Assembly: GCA_017513085.1 (NCBI GenBank)
Contig: JAFWDK010000016.1
Coordinates: 1 to 64,000 of the forward strand
From: Clostridiales bacterium
GTDB lineage: Bacteria > Bacillota > Clostridia > Saccharofermentanales > Saccharofermentanaceae
DNA length: 64,000 bases
Direction: 5' to 3'
Shown here piece by piece: positions 29,848-40,785 of the stretch. The notes under the pieces were generated by a model. That model made no database searches. It was not told the origin of the DNA and worked only from the letters and a program-made list of their open reading frames with translations. The position numbers and the translations under genes are program-made. Position 1 is the stretch's first letter. The number at the start of each line of letters is the position of its first letter.

Positions 29848-30120
29848 GTCATTCTCCTATCTGACGGCCCCGGCAAGCTGACTGTCCCCATCAGGGCATC
29901 TCACCGCACCGCCTCTCTTCAGAACGAATGATACCAACCACCCCTCCCCCCCTTCAACCACCCAAGACACCAGTTGCCAGCAGACATGCACAAGATGCCC
30001 AAGAGAGCTGATGAAGAACGAGACAGCCTGAAAAAAGGTAACAAAAAACACTCTGCGACAACTCCCCAAAGGTTTCGAAGATCAGGCAGCCTGATAGCAA
30101 AAAGAAAAAAAGAAAAGAAA

Positions 30121-30184
30121 AAAACTCTCCGCCGACGAGTTATTTTGCGAAAGCAAAATACTGTCCGAGTCGGAGAGAGTTTTT
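30121..30184. terminator. Long nested hairpin, probably a bidirectional terminator
   Basis: AAAACTCTC...GAGAGTTTT outer stem; inner TATTTTGC-GAAA-GCAAAATA; flanked by A and T runs. Confidence 0.7.
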
Positions 30185-30207
30185 TCTTTTCCTTAAGCTG
30201 TTTTATA

Positions 30208-32820
30208 TCAGGCTGTCTCGATCTTCGAAGCCTTCTCTAAGCCCAACATCTTCACCGCATCTTCTCTCATCTTGAACTTGAGGATCTTTCCTGCGGCGTT
30301 CATCGGGAAGGAATCTACGAATGCAACATAACGTGGCGTCTTGTGCTTGGCCATGTGATCCTTCACGTACTTCTTTACATCCTCTTCGGTCAGCGTAGAG
30401 CCTTCCTTCTTGATGATGCAAGCCATGATCTCTTCACCATACTGCTCGTCCGGTACACCGATGACCTGTACATCGGAAACGTCCGGATGGGTATAGATGA
30501 ACTCTTCGATCTCCTTCGGGTAGATATTCTCACCACCACGGATGATCATGTCCTTAATACGGCCGGTGATCTTATAGTAGCCTTCCGGAGTACGACGGGC
30601 CAGGTCACCTGTATGGAGCCAGCCATCTTCGTCGATCGCAGCCTTTGTCGCTTCCGGCATCTTATAGTAGCCCTTCATGATGTTATAACCACGGGCGCAG
30701 AACTCACCGTCAACGTTGTCCGGCAATACTTCATTCGTGGCAGGATCCACGATACGGCACTCGACACCCGGGAGTTCCTTACCAACAGTCTGTACACGGA
30801 CTTCGATGGAATCATCAACACGGCTCTGCGTGCATCCCGGAGCGGCCTCGGTCTGGCCGTATACGATCGTGATCTCTTTCATATTCATCTTATTGACAAC
30901 ATCTTCCATGACCGGGATCGGGCACGGGGAACCGGCCATAATACCGGTTCTCATGTAAGAGAAATCCGTCTTCTCGAAATCAGGATTCTCAAGGAGTGCG
31001 ATGAACATCGTCGGAACACCATGCATCGCGGTTACACGGCGGGCAGTAATGGAAGCCAGTACTTTTCTCGGAGAGAAGTAATCCAGCGGAACCATCGTTA
31101 CACCGTGGGTCACGGACGCGGTCATAGCCAGAACCATACCGAAGCAATGGAACATCGGAACCTGGATCAGGAGTCTGTCCTCGGTAGACAGGTTCATGCA
31201 GTCACCGATGCACTTTCCGTTGTTAAGAACGTTTCTGTGTGTGAGCATAACGCCCTTCGGGAAACCGGTCGTACCGGATGTGTACTGCATGTTGCAGACT
31301 TCGTCCGGTTTTGTCGCATCGATCATGGCACGCAGATCCGCGTCACTCACTTTACTGTCAGCAGCCTCGAACTCATCGTCCCAGAAGAAGCATCCGTCGT
31401 AACGGTTGTCGATCGTGATCACGTTCTTCAGATAAGGAAGTCTCTCGGAAACCATCTCGCCCGGCTTGGACTTGGCAAGTTCAGGGCAGATCTCGTTGAC
31501 GATATCTACATAGTTAATGTCCTTGTAGCCGTCCATCATGACGAGCGTGTCGGAATCGGACTGACGGAGCAGGTACTCGATCTCATGGATCTTATAAGCT
31601 GTATTGACTGTAACAAGAACCGCACCGATACGTACGCAGGCCCAGAATGTCAGGAACCACTGCGGACGGTTCGTCGCCCAAAGTGCAACGTGGGAATCTT
31701 TCTTTACGCCCATTGCCATGAGCATCTTGGAAACACGGTCCACGTCATCTCTGAACTCGCTATATGTTCTTGTGTAATCACGCATGGTGTAAGCGAAAGC
31801 AGTCTGATCCGGGAATTCGGTCGCCACTTTATCGAGCATCTGACCGAATGTCATCTCGACGAGCACGTCCTTCTCGAACATTCTCTGGCCTTTGCCTTTC
31901 TCAACATACTTGATGTTGGAAGGAACGACCTCGATCGGCGCCTCCGGACGGACTTCTGTCTTGCTTTCTTTCTTCGAGGGCTCGATCACTTTCTTCGTGC
32001 CCTTGGTCTTCTCCCAGGTTCTTACGAAGTTGATGAACTGCGGGAATACGATCGCCGCGCTCTCGATCTCTTTCGCCCATCTCTTGACCCACTCGAGAGA
32101 TACGAATCCATCGTATCCATTCTTATCCAGAAGCTCGAAAAGCTCTTCCAGCGGAAGATCTCCATGACCCGGCAGACGATAAGCCACCGTGCCGTCTTCT
32201 TCCTTGATGGAGTCCTTGACATGAATGTAGCGGACAAGGTCACCGACATTTGCCCATGTGGTCTCGACGGACTCACCGAAATAACGGAACGGGTGATGTA
32301 CGTCCCAGAGTACTTTTACATAAGGAGAATCGACTGCATCGATGAGTTTTCTCAGACGCGCGGTATCGGCATAGACACCATTGGTCTCAACAAGGAGAGT
32401 GACATTCTTGCCTTCGCACAGAGGAGCCAGATTCTTAAGAGCAGCAACGATTTTCTCATCATCGACTTCTCCTTCCGGAGCCGGATGCGCATCCGCAAGG
32501 ATACGTACATAGGAAGCACCGCACTTGTTGGCAAGTGCAACATATTCACCGATTTCTGTAGGCGCGATCTTCGCACCATCTTCATATGCCAGAACACAGT
32601 TACTGGAGAAGCATGGAATCTCCAAACCAAGCTTTCTAAGGTTTTCCATCGTGCGGTCCACTTCCGACGGAAGGAACGGCTTCGCATGGGATGCTGTGAT
32701 CTCCTCACCCAATCCTCTGATCTCGATTCCTGCATATCCCAGGTCATGGGCCATCGGATAAATGTCTTTCCACGACCACTCAGGGCATGCTAATGTGGAA
32801 AACGCAAGTTTCATAGCCAT
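30208..32820 (-). CDS. Fusion of a xylose-isomerase-like (AP endonuclease 2) TIM barrel and an acyl-CoA synthetase (AMP-binding) domain
   Basis: N-terminal LVET, LWDVHH, IHVKD, SLEW; C-terminal YTSGTTGFPKG, YGQTE, LHTGD, GRIKD, GKI. ATG 32820 follows GGAGG. Confidence 0.9.
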   Translation of the reverse strand: MAMKLAFSTLACPEWSWKDIYPMAHDLGYAGIEIRGLGEEITASHAKPFLPSEVDRTMENLRKLGLEIPCFSSNCVLAYEDGAKIAPTEIGEYVALANKCGASYVRILADAHPAPEGEVDDEKIVAALKNLAPLCEGKNVTLLVETNGVYADTARLRKLIDAVDSPYVKVLWDVHHPFRYFGESVETTWANVGDLVRYIHVKDSIKEEDGTVAYRLPGHGDLPLEELFELLDKNGYDGFVSLEWVKRWAKEIESAAIVFPQFINFVRTWEKTKGTKKVIEPSKKESKTEVRPEAPIEVVPSNIKYVEKGKGQRMFEKDVLVEMTFGQMLDKVATEFPDQTAFAYTMRDYTRTYSEFRDDVDRVSKMLMAMGVKKDSHVALWATNRPQWFLTFWACVRIGAVLVTVNTAYKIHEIEYLLRQSDSDTLVMMDGYKDINYVDIVNEICPELAKSKPGEMVSERLPYLKNVITIDNRYDGCFFWDDEFEAADSKVSDADLRAMIDATKPDEVCNMQYTSGTTGFPKGVMLTHRNVLNNGKCIGDCMNLSTEDRLLIQVPMFHCFGMVLAMTASVTHGVTMVPLDYFSPRKVLASITARRVTAMHGVPTMFIALLENPDFEKTDFSYMRTGIMAGSPCPIPVMEDVVNKMNMKEITIVYGQTEAAPGCTQSRVDDSIEVRVQTVGKELPGVECRIVDPATNEVLPDNVDGEFCARGYNIMKGYYKMPEATKAAIDEDGWLHTGDLARRTPEGYYKITGRIKDMIIRGGENIYPKEIEEFIYTHPDVSDVQVIGVPDEQYGEEIMACIIKKEGSTLTEEDVKKYVKDHMAKHKTPRYVAFVDSFPMNAAGKILKFKMREDAVKMLGLEKASKIETA

Positions 32821-33042
32821 AAAGAAAACCTCCGGTTTAAGGTCGTCTGCTCCGGGAATCTGCCTGAAAGAATCATTTCTACGAAAAATCACGCCATTCC
32901 TACAGCATACAACTAATTAGAATGGCTCTAGAATACACCCAAAAAAACGAAAATGAAAAGAGGAAAAGTGCTTTTGCAGAAAGAAAGGCAAAAAAGCGAA
33001 AGAAAATGCAAAGTCCTATGACCTAACTCCAATCTTAAACTC

Positions 33043-34917
33043 TCAGATATTCTTGGCAAACAAAGCATCAAGATCCGTTTCCGGAACCGGGCGGCCCCAG
33101 ATATATCCCTGAATAAAATCGCAATCATACTTGACCAGAAGTGCAAGTTTTCTCTCCTCGTCCACACCTTCGGCGACCGTTACCATCTTCATCTGGTGCA
33201 CCAGACTGATGATCGAACCGACCATGAGACGCTGTGTGTCTTTCGCGGGTAATTCATCAATGAAAGACTTATCGATCTTCAACACACTGATCGGCAACTG
33301 ACGGAGATAATTCATGGAAGAATAACCGGTACCAAAGTCATCGAGCGCGATGGAAATACGTAAAGAGGAAACATCCTTCAGAATCGAGATCGCATGATCA
33401 AGATTGGAAACCAGAACAGATTCCGTGATCTCAAATTCAAGTTTCTTCGGATCGACCTGCGTTTTGCTGAGGATACTCTTGACGGACTGCAAAAACTGCG
33501 GCGACATCAACTGTACGGCAGAAATATTGACCGACATCGTACCATCCCAGTGGTACTTCTCACTATACTCTTTCAATGTCCGGCACGCAGTCTCCAGGAC
33601 CCATTCGCCAAGAGGCACGATGAAGCCGACCGTCTCGGCCACCGGGATAAACTCCATCGGGCTGACCTCGCCGAGTTTAGTGTTCTTCCATCTGCAAAGT
33701 GCCTCAAAGCCGCGCAGGTTCTTTGTCTTCGTATCGAACTGCGGCTGATAACAAAGATACAGTTCATTGTTGTTGATTGCAGACAACAACTGTCCTTCAT
33801 ACTTGATCCTCCGCACGATCTCGTCCTTCATTTCCCTTCTGTAGAACTGGACCATGTTCTTACCGTACTCTTTCGCCTTATACATAGCGGTTTCCGCGCA
33901 TTTGATCAATTCCGCCGAGGTTTCACCGTCCTGCGGAAAAAGCGCTATACCGAAACTGGCGCTCATCTTGTAATCGGAGTCTTCGAGTGTAAACATCTGT
34001 TTAAAAGAATCCCTGACGGATTCCACATAGGAAAGGATGTCTCCCTCATCCAGAGGTCTTTGGATCAAAATGGCGAATTCATCACCGCCCCATCTTCCCA
34101 GCATATCTTCTTCCGATATGATAGTTGTCAGTCGGGTGCTGACTGCCTGAAGCATCAGATCTCCAACACGATGGCCGATAGTATCGTTGATTTTTTTAAA
34201 GTTATCCAGGTCGATATACACCAGGGCAAACGACATATTCTTATTTGCCAGCAGACTGATCAGAAGATCCATGCGGGCGGATATTTTGACACGATTCGGA
34301 AGTCCCGTCAGTGCATCAAAGTGGTTCATCTGATAGAGCCGCTCTTCGTTTTCCTTCATTGCACGGTTGTACTCGGTAAGAAGAGAATTCTGCCGCTCGG
34401 TCTCTTCCTCGCGTGCCTGGATTTCAATATTGGCTTTTTCCAGATCTGCTGTCTTCTTCTTGGATTTTTCTATCTCCTGCGCGATACGTCGGTTATAGGC
34501 CATAACGACAGAAACGATAAGAAGACTCAATGCCGTGGTCGCTAAACCGTTCACTGCATACTGGTCATCAAAGCGGATGAGGTTAAATACAGTCATTGCC
34601 ATCTGCAGGCACGTTACTACGAGGACTGCCCGAAAGCCTTTACGGTTCAGCCATTGAACGATCAGGACAGAAAGAAGGAGCTGGATCAGAGACAAGAATC
34701 CACGCACAGCATGGAGGAATCCCAATTGAGGGATCATCGCCACAATAGGATTGATTACCGCAAAGATCGAAAAAGCAATTATATAAATTACGATCCATAA
34801 TACCGAATGCCGGATCTGTCTTTCCGGATGCAAACTGGTATCGATGAATCGCTCGATAAAACTACTGGAACTTCCGTATTCCTTATTATTTGAATTTTCA
34901 GGTTCGCCTGACATCAT
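33043..34917 (-). CDS. Membrane-anchored GGDEF-EAL protein with both motifs intact
   Basis: DALTGLPNR, WGGDEF, FEALCRW, DDFGTGYSS. Confidence 0.95.
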   Translation of the reverse strand: MMSGEPENSNNKEYGSSSSFIERFIDTSLHPERQIRHSVLWIVIYIIAFSIFAVINPIVAMIPQLGFLHAVRGFLSLIQLLLSVLIVQWLNRKGFRAVLVVTCLQMAMTVFNLIRFDDQYAVNGLATTALSLLIVSVVMAYNRRIAQEIEKSKKKTADLEKANIEIQAREEETERQNSLLTEYNRAMKENEERLYQMNHFDALTGLPNRVKISARMDLLISLLANKNMSFALVYIDLDNFKKINDTIGHRVGDLMLQAVSTRLTTIISEEDMLGRWGGDEFAILIQRPLDEGDILSYVESVRDSFKQMFTLEDSDYKMSASFGIALFPQDGETSAELIKCAETAMYKAKEYGKNMVQFYRREMKDEIVRRIKYEGQLLSAINNNELYLCYQPQFDTKTKNLRGFEALCRWKNTKLGEVSPMEFIPVAETVGFIVPLGEWVLETACRTLKEYSEKYHWDGTMSVNISAVQLMSPQFLQSVKSILSKTQVDPKKLEFEITESVLVSNLDHAISILKDVSSLRISIALDDFGTGYSSMNYLRQLPISVLKIDKSFIDELPAKDTQRLMVGSIISLVHQMKMVTVAEGVDEERKLALLVKYDCDFIQGYIWGRPVPETDLDALFAKNI

Positions 34918-35100
34918 ACCCTTTTCTCCCCAAGCGCCATTTTATTCATTGTCGTATCTGAATCCAAGCACAGTATATCCGATTCGTGAACGTTTTGTAA
35001 AATCGCATCTTTTCGGAATCCTTGGGTGTTCCGGAGAATGCTTCAGATGCACGTTTTCCGTTTTCAAGAAAATGCTATAATGTTCCGAAGGAGGTCTACC

Positions 35101-35745
35101 ATGTTTATTCCCAAAGCAGCCATTTTTGATCTGGATGGTACTCTCCTGGATTCGATGTGGATCTGGAGATTACTGGATGAAGAATTTCTCCGCCGGCGCG
35201 GAATCACTTGTACGCAGGATTACACCGATGCCATCAAAGGCATGGGGTGGCTCGAAGGCGCCGAATATACCGTCTCGCGTTATCATCTTTCCGAAACACC
35301 GGAAGAAGTCATGAATACATGGTTCGCGATGTCTGCAGATTTCTATACGCATCGCGTGAAGATGAAACCATACGCCAAAGAGTATCTTCAGCTACTTGAA
35401 GAAAAGCACGTTCCCATGGCAATCGCCACCTCCATGGAGCCTCAGGCAAATATCGGCCTGGTCCTTTCCGCTCATGGGATCACTTCTCTTTTTCAAAACA
35501 TAACCCTCTCCACAGAAGTATCCCGTGGAAAGGGTTTTCCGGATATTTACGAACTTGCGGCTTCCCGTCTGGGCATACCGCCGTCGGATTGCACCGTCTT
35601 CGAAGACATACTTGTCGCCATACGCGGGGCCTCTTCCGGCGGATTTCAGACTGTAGGCATTTTTGACTCCGTATCGGAAAATGACTGGTCTCAGATTCAA
35701 AAAGAAGCGACCCACACGGCCCGTTCCTGGCAGGAACTGCTCTGA
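35101..35745 (+). CDS. HAD-family phosphatase
   Basis: DLDGTLLDS, GK.FPD, FEDI; GGAGG RBS. Confidence 0.92.
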   Translation: MFIPKAAIFDLDGTLLDSMWIWRLLDEEFLRRRGITCTQDYTDAIKGMGWLEGAEYTVSRYHLSETPEEVMNTWFAMSADFYTHRVKMKPYAKEYLQLLEEKHVPMAIATSMEPQANIGLVLSAHGITSLFQNITLSTEVSRGKGFPDIYELAASRLGIPPSDCTVFEDILVAIRGASSGGFQTVGIFDSVSENDWSQIQKEATHTARSWQELL

Positions 35746-35751
35746 TCCGCG

Positions 35752-36984
35752 TTATACCCGTCGGATCTCCATCGCCTCTTCCTCACTGTCCACATAGATG
35801 ATTTCATGTTTGGACTTCCTGCCGTGGATAGCACCATACACACCGCAAAGCCCGGTGATCAGCGCCACACCGCTTACGATCAGCATCTCAGCCCAGAAAA
35901 CGACATATTGCTCGGCAAGTCTGGCCGACCGTTCATGGAACGGGATCATCGCGCCATTGAGTTTACTCACGGATGCTTTGAGCGGAAAATACTTATCATA
36001 AAGCCGGAGCGCCTGAAAACGTCCTGTATTGTTGACGATCTCCAATACTGCACTTTCCTCCTGATATCCGACCGCATCACTCATCGCTTTCACAAGATCA
36101 TTATATGCAATATTCTTGATCGGATCGGTCAGAAGCACTTCATAGCAGGTGACCGCCAGATCTGTTTCTTTTACCGTACTGCTTGCTGATTCGCTGGTAT
36201 CGGGATTGGATGATCCATTGATCAGCCGGGCCAGCTGTCCAAAAGAAACATAGGCCCTTGGTTTCGTCACGCCGGTCGCCTCCGCGATGGAATCGTCACC
36301 TTCACATACTACTCCGATCACTTCGTACATATTTTGCCCAATCTGCACGTTCGCTCCGAGAACGTTATAAGAATGGAAAAGATTCCATGCCATTTGGGTA
36401 TTCAGGACGATCGAATACCGGTCTGCTTCTTCTGCCAGGAAACCACCGCTTTCATAGCGGAACGGATGGACTGTGGCATAATTACCGCCTACACCGACAA
36501 TTTCGGCGGATGTTACCGCACCACGTTCCTGCTTTTCCAAGAATCCCTTAGCCGGGTAATAAGCGGACGAGGAATAACAATCCTCCCATAGGTTTTCCAG
36601 AGAATTCAGCAATGCCTGCGATCTTTGATTGGTCGAATTGTTCGAGCGTTCTGCTATATCCAGAGCGTCATGGAGCTGCTGAACATTTTCCAGATCCAAA
36701 CCTCCGGAATACTTCAGCGGCGCAGAACCATCGTCGGATTCTTTTCCTTTTGAGATGACCGTCAGCTTACGATAGGGCATTTTCGACGAACCGAAAACCT
36801 CTGCGCCATATTGCAGGAACTGGCCATCGAGGACATGTCGGATCCGGATCACGGAAGCAACAGAAAGCGTGAGACTTGCCGCAACCACAACAAACGGGAT
36901 CGAGATCGCGACATAGTGCCACGTCCGGCATATGGCTGACCAACGGTTATGGAAGAATCTCTTAAGCTTGGACTTTAATTCCAT
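35752..36984 (-). CDS. MacB-like extracytoplasmic-core membrane protein
   Basis: N- and C-terminal TM segments; IVLNTQMAWNLF...VLG...IG...YEVIGVV MacB-type core. Confidence 0.75.
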   Translation of the reverse strand: MELKSKLKRFFHNRWSAICRTWHYVAISIPFVVVAASLTLSVASVIRIRHVLDGQFLQYGAEVFGSSKMPYRKLTVISKGKESDDGSAPLKYSGGLDLENVQQLHDALDIAERSNNSTNQRSQALLNSLENLWEDCYSSSAYYPAKGFLEKQERGAVTSAEIVGVGGNYATVHPFRYESGGFLAEEADRYSIVLNTQMAWNLFHSYNVLGANVQIGQNMYEVIGVVCEGDDSIAEATGVTKPRAYVSFGQLARLINGSSNPDTSESASSTVKETDLAVTCYEVLLTDPIKNIAYNDLVKAMSDAVGYQEESAVLEIVNNTGRFQALRLYDKYFPLKASVSKLNGAMIPFHERSARLAEQYVVFWAEMLIVSGVALITGLCGVYGAIHGRKSKHEIIYVDSEEEAMEIRRV

Positions 36985-38666
36985 TACATACTCTCCCCTT
37001 GGGCCAGACGGACCTGTTCACCATTCTTGATCGGTTTCTCCGTTCGTACGATACAGTACGCAAAACTGATGCCGGCACCTTCGATCGCGCAGGATGTCGC
37101 GTCTTCCGCTACGACTTTAACAGGGACTTTTCTGGCAATATAGCGCTCACCCAAAGGCGAATTCTTTGTCACCAGAATGTAGATAAAATCACCTTCCGAA
37201 TCCTGCTGAACAGCCCCCTTCGGTACTACACACTCATACTGACGGTTCGATGTGGAGATCGTACAAGTTACGGTGGTCGTTCCCGGCATCAGCCAGCTAC
37301 CGGTAACATTGATCTTTACGATACAGGATTTCATCGGGTCGGCAGGATCAGGGCGGATCGAGTCAACAACCGCTGAATCACAGTAATCCGTACGGACTTC
37401 CATACCCGGATTCATGCCCATTGCCAATTCTCTTTCCACCGGGCACTCGATATAAAAACCGGATTCCATATCTGCGATCTCGAACATGACCTCATCTTTC
37501 ATGACATCTTGTCCACGAGAGACATTGCAAGCAATCAGGCATCCGGAGATCGGCGCCTTGATTTCGGTCAACGCATAGAAGTCTTCGAGCTCCTTGATTT
37601 CTTTTTCCATATCCTCCAGTTCTTTTTGCGTCTGGAGTTCATGATCTTTGGCCTTGTCGCTGTTGATGGAATCGTTCGCCTGTGCATCGGAAAGCGTATT
37701 CTGGCTCGTCGTCAAGGCATGCTCGGCATCGCGCACTGCCTTCTCCGCATCTTCCGCTTTCGGCAACTGCTCAAGAATACCAAGCTGGGTCTGCGCTTCC
37801 TCCAGATCAGACTGAAGTCTTGTCGACTCGGTTTCTTTTGCCGTGATCTGGTTTGCGTAATCGATGACCTGATTCGAAGCCGCCTGATATGCCGCATTCA
37901 TATTATTCACCGCTTGCTGGGCATCTTCTACCGCTTTCGTGCAGGCGGTAAGTCTGTCCGCATCGAACATCGGATCATCCGGATCGGTGATGCACTGACG
38001 AAGAGCGATCTGAGCCTGCAGAAGTTTATCGTTCAATTCCGGAAGCGCCGCATAGGCTTCATCTCTTCTTCCTTCCGCTTCCTGCTTTTTTGACTCCAGG
38101 CTGCCCTTATCCGTCTCGGCCTTATTGATAAGATTATTGATATTGGCAATGTTATTCTTCTCCTGCTGGATCAAAGTTTCTTTGTTTCTCACCTGTTCCA
38201 GAGTCTTTCTGGCTTCGTCAAGCTGCTTCTTTGCCATTTCAATAGAAGAATTGTAGTCATAGTAATCCGTCGGACGCTTCGGCTCGCGTTTTTCATACTC
38301 GATCTCTTTCTTTCTGTCCTCGAGTGCTTTTTTCTTTTCTTCGAGGTCCTTCATGTTTTCCGGAGTCTTCAATGTAGCGATCACATCTCCTTTTTCCACG
38401 TCGGAATAAAGATATGCATCCACGGAATCAATGGAAATGTTACCGGGCGCCTTGATCTCCTGGGTGACAGCTGCTTTGACCATGCCTTCCGTCTTTTTGA
38501 TGGAACTCAGAGTCGAACCATAGATCTGCATGGTACTGACCTGCGTCAACGTCATGTTCATGATCGTGTTCGAAAAAAACGTAAGTAAACCCATCACGAC
38601 GAGAAAGATTATAAATCCTCGAATGATCCACTTTCTGCTTTTCTTTTTCGTTCTAACTTCAGACAT
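36984..38666 (-). CDS. Membrane fusion protein (RND/HlyD-type adaptor)
   Basis: N-terminal TM, long coiled coil, IKAPISG lipoyl half, VPKGAV, GEQVRL. Confidence 0.85.
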   Translation of the reverse strand: MSEVRTKKKSRKWIIRGFIIFLVVMGLLTFFSNTIMNMTLTQVSTMQIYGSTLSSIKKTEGMVKAAVTQEIKAPGNISIDSVDAYLYSDVEKGDVIATLKTPENMKDLEEKKKALEDRKKEIEYEKREPKRPTDYYDYNSSIEMAKKQLDEARKTLEQVRNKETLIQQEKNNIANINNLINKAETDKGSLESKKQEAEGRRDEAYAALPELNDKLLQAQIALRQCITDPDDPMFDADRLTACTKAVEDAQQAVNNMNAAYQAASNQVIDYANQITAKETESTRLQSDLEEAQTQLGILEQLPKAEDAEKAVRDAEHALTTSQNTLSDAQANDSINSDKAKDHELQTQKELEDMEKEIKELEDFYALTEIKAPISGCLIACNVSRGQDVMKDEVMFEIADMESGFYIECPVERELAMGMNPGMEVRTDYCDSAVVDSIRPDPADPMKSCIVKINVTGSWLMPGTTTVTCTISTSNRQYECVVPKGAVQQDSEGDFIYILVTKNSPLGERYIARKVPVKVVAEDATSCAIEGAGISFAYCIVRTEKPIKNGEQVRLAQGESM

Positions 38667-38698
38667 TGCTGTACCTCCTGGCAACTCTCACCAAATCC

Positions 38699-39769
38699 TT
38701 ATTTGATTCCCGAACGGGATATACCTTCCACCAGATACTGCTCTCCGTACAGGAAGATCAGAAGCGGCGGAACCATGAATATAAACGAAGCGGCAAAGGC
38801 CACACCGACCTCGGACGCATTGATCTGCGAAAGAAAGACCGACAACGGCTGCTTACCGGCATCCTCTAGAAGGATCAACGGTTGCTCGACCATATTCCAG
38901 TAGTCGATAAAAAGCAGGATCGCCATCGCATAGATCGCACTCTTACACATCGGCAGACATATCTTCGTAAAGATATTCCACTCATTCGCGCCATCCAGCT
39001 TGGCCGCCTCAATGTAGGAAGACGGGATCTGGCGCATATATTTACTAAGAAGGAAAATACTGAACGTCGAGAAAATACCCGGCAGTATGATCGACCACCA
39101 AGTGTTATAGATCCCCAGTTTATTGGCGATCAGATAATTCGGAACCAGAGTGACCTGAAAAGGCATGAGCATCAGGATCACGTACGAAAAGAAGAGCACT
39201 TCTCTTCTCTTTTTACGGTAGCGGGCAAAGCTATAGGAAGCCAGGCATCCGATCATGATCTGGCCCAGCACGATCGGCACGACCAGAGCAACAGAGTTCC
39301 AGAATTTCAAAAGGTATGTCGGGCTCAGGAAAAGCAGCGTCTTATACTGACTGAAGGAAACAGAGTCCGGAATCATTTTCAATTTCGGTGTCGTGGAAAG
39401 ATAGGTCTTTGTCTCGGCCGAAGCGGAGGAAAGACTGTTATAGACTGCGCTGTAATTGGTCTTGATCTCATCTGTCGACATGAACGAATCCAGGATCGTC
39501 AGAACGATCGGCATCAGTGCGAAGATCGCAACAAGAGTTGCCAGCAAAAGTCCGAGACATGTCCAGACTCTTCCGGTCGCCTTTCGGATCTTGGCCTGAC
39601 GCTTCGCTACGGCTCTTCCCTTCTCGTGCCGTCTCTCCAATTCCTCTTCGGAAAGGCGGACGATCTCAACATCTTTCAGCTCGCGGATCGACGCATGCTC
39701 ATGTTCCATTTCTTCGTGAGAAGCACCATCATTACGTATCTGCAGTGGAGTAATCGCATTCTTCTTCAT
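38699..39769 (-). CDS. Carbohydrate ABC transporter permease (MalG-like)
   Basis: EAAKLDGA EAA loop; MPFQVTLVPNY. Confidence 0.92.
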   Translation of the reverse strand: MKKNAITPLQIRNDGASHEEMEHEHASIRELKDVEIVRLSEEELERRHEKGRAVAKRQAKIRKATGRVWTCLGLLLATLVAIFALMPIVLTILDSFMSTDEIKTNYSAVYNSLSSASAETKTYLSTTPKLKMIPDSVSFSQYKTLLFLSPTYLLKFWNSVALVVPIVLGQIMIGCLASYSFARYRKKRREVLFFSYVILMLMPFQVTLVPNYLIANKLGIYNTWWSIILPGIFSTFSIFLLSKYMRQIPSSYIEAAKLDGANEWNIFTKICLPMCKSAIYAMAILLFIDYWNMVEQPLILLEDAGKQPLSVFLSQINASEVGVAFAASFIFMVPPLLIFLYGEQYLVEGISRSGIK

Positions 39770-39772
39770 ACC

Positions 39773-40702
39773 TTACTCCTCCGTATCCCGTCCGAGTCTG
39801 TTCTCTGCAATAAACAGCACACCGACGATGATGATCATGGCAATACACATAATGATCGCTGCAGCGGTAAGCTTCGCGTTGTCCAGATGGGAGAACATAT
39901 TATTCATGAAATTCTGAAGCATATAGAGAGCATCTACAGGATAATCACCGGTAAGAAGATATACTTCACGGAAGATCTTAAATGAGTTGATCAGGGACAT
40001 GATCCCGACAAAGAAGATCGTCGGCCACAGGTATGGAAGTTTAATACTGAAAAAGCGCTTGACGGCATTCGCTCCGTCCATCTTGGCAGATTCCAGCTGT
40101 TCCTGCGGCACTGCCGAAATCGCGGAGATAAAAAGCACCATATTATAGCCGAGGTTCTTCCACAGGAACAAGATCAGGATCACAAGCCTGGACCAGTCAG
40201 ACTTCATCCAGTCGATCTTATCGATTCCGAACCAGCCCATGTATGTATTCAAAGCACCGTTATAACTGAACATGACCTGCCAGATCAATACGATCGAAGC
40301 AACCGGTACCATCATCGGGTTCAGCATGATGCTTCGGAATACACTTTTTCCCGGAAGTTTGGAACTCAGAAGCAAAGCAAGAAGCAGCGCCAGAAGCACG
40401 GCCAGCGGTACAGCCAGTCCGGCAAAGATCAGAGTGTTTTTTGCTGCGCTTTGGAACGCCTGGTTGTTCCAGACATTGACATAATTCTCAACACCTACGA
40501 ATTCTGTATTCGTTGCGCTTCTCTGAAAAGATTGGACCAGAACGATAAGCATCGGTCCGAAGAAAAAAAGCAGGACACCGAGAAGGCTTGGCGTCAGATA
40601 ACCTGTAAAAATGACCCACTCACGGAAGTTTCTCTTTCTTCTTCCTCTAATCCGTCTTTTTCGTACTTCATCTGGATTATATTCGTGAGTAGCCATTGGC
40701 AT
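39773..40702 (-). CDS. Carbohydrate ABC transporter permease (MalF-like)
   Basis: WKNLGYNMV, ESAKMDGA, SFKIFRE. Confidence 0.92.
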   Translation of the reverse strand: MPMATHEYNPDEVRKRRIRGRRKRNFREWVIFTGYLTPSLLGVLLFFFGPMLIVLVQSFQRSATNTEFVGVENYVNVWNNQAFQSAAKNTLIFAGLAVPLAVLLALLLALLLSSKLPGKSVFRSIMLNPMMVPVASIVLIWQVMFSYNGALNTYMGWFGIDKIDWMKSDWSRLVILILFLWKNLGYNMVLFISAISAVPQEQLESAKMDGANAVKRFFSIKLPYLWPTIFFVGIMSLINSFKIFREVYLLTGDYPVDALYMLQNFMNNMFSHLDNAKLTAAAIIMCIAMIIIVGVLFIAENRLGRDTEE

Positions 40703-40785
40703 TGTCCTTTGAGATTAATATTTTTTGAGACGAAACAATATGCTAATGACATTCTATCATAAGCTACTATGTTTGTATCTATTTC

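Noticed and set aside
29960-30010. Possible LytTR direct repeats (GGCATCT/GGCAACT, 21-bp period, minus strand)
   Set aside because: Too degenerate to call without orthologue alignment.
30343-32793. 816-aa antisense ORF, and similar ones at 18658-19692, 33394-34545, 38882-39985, 47248-48375 and 60063-61160
   Set aside because: These are shadow frames of well-supported, codon-biased genes and contain no motifs.
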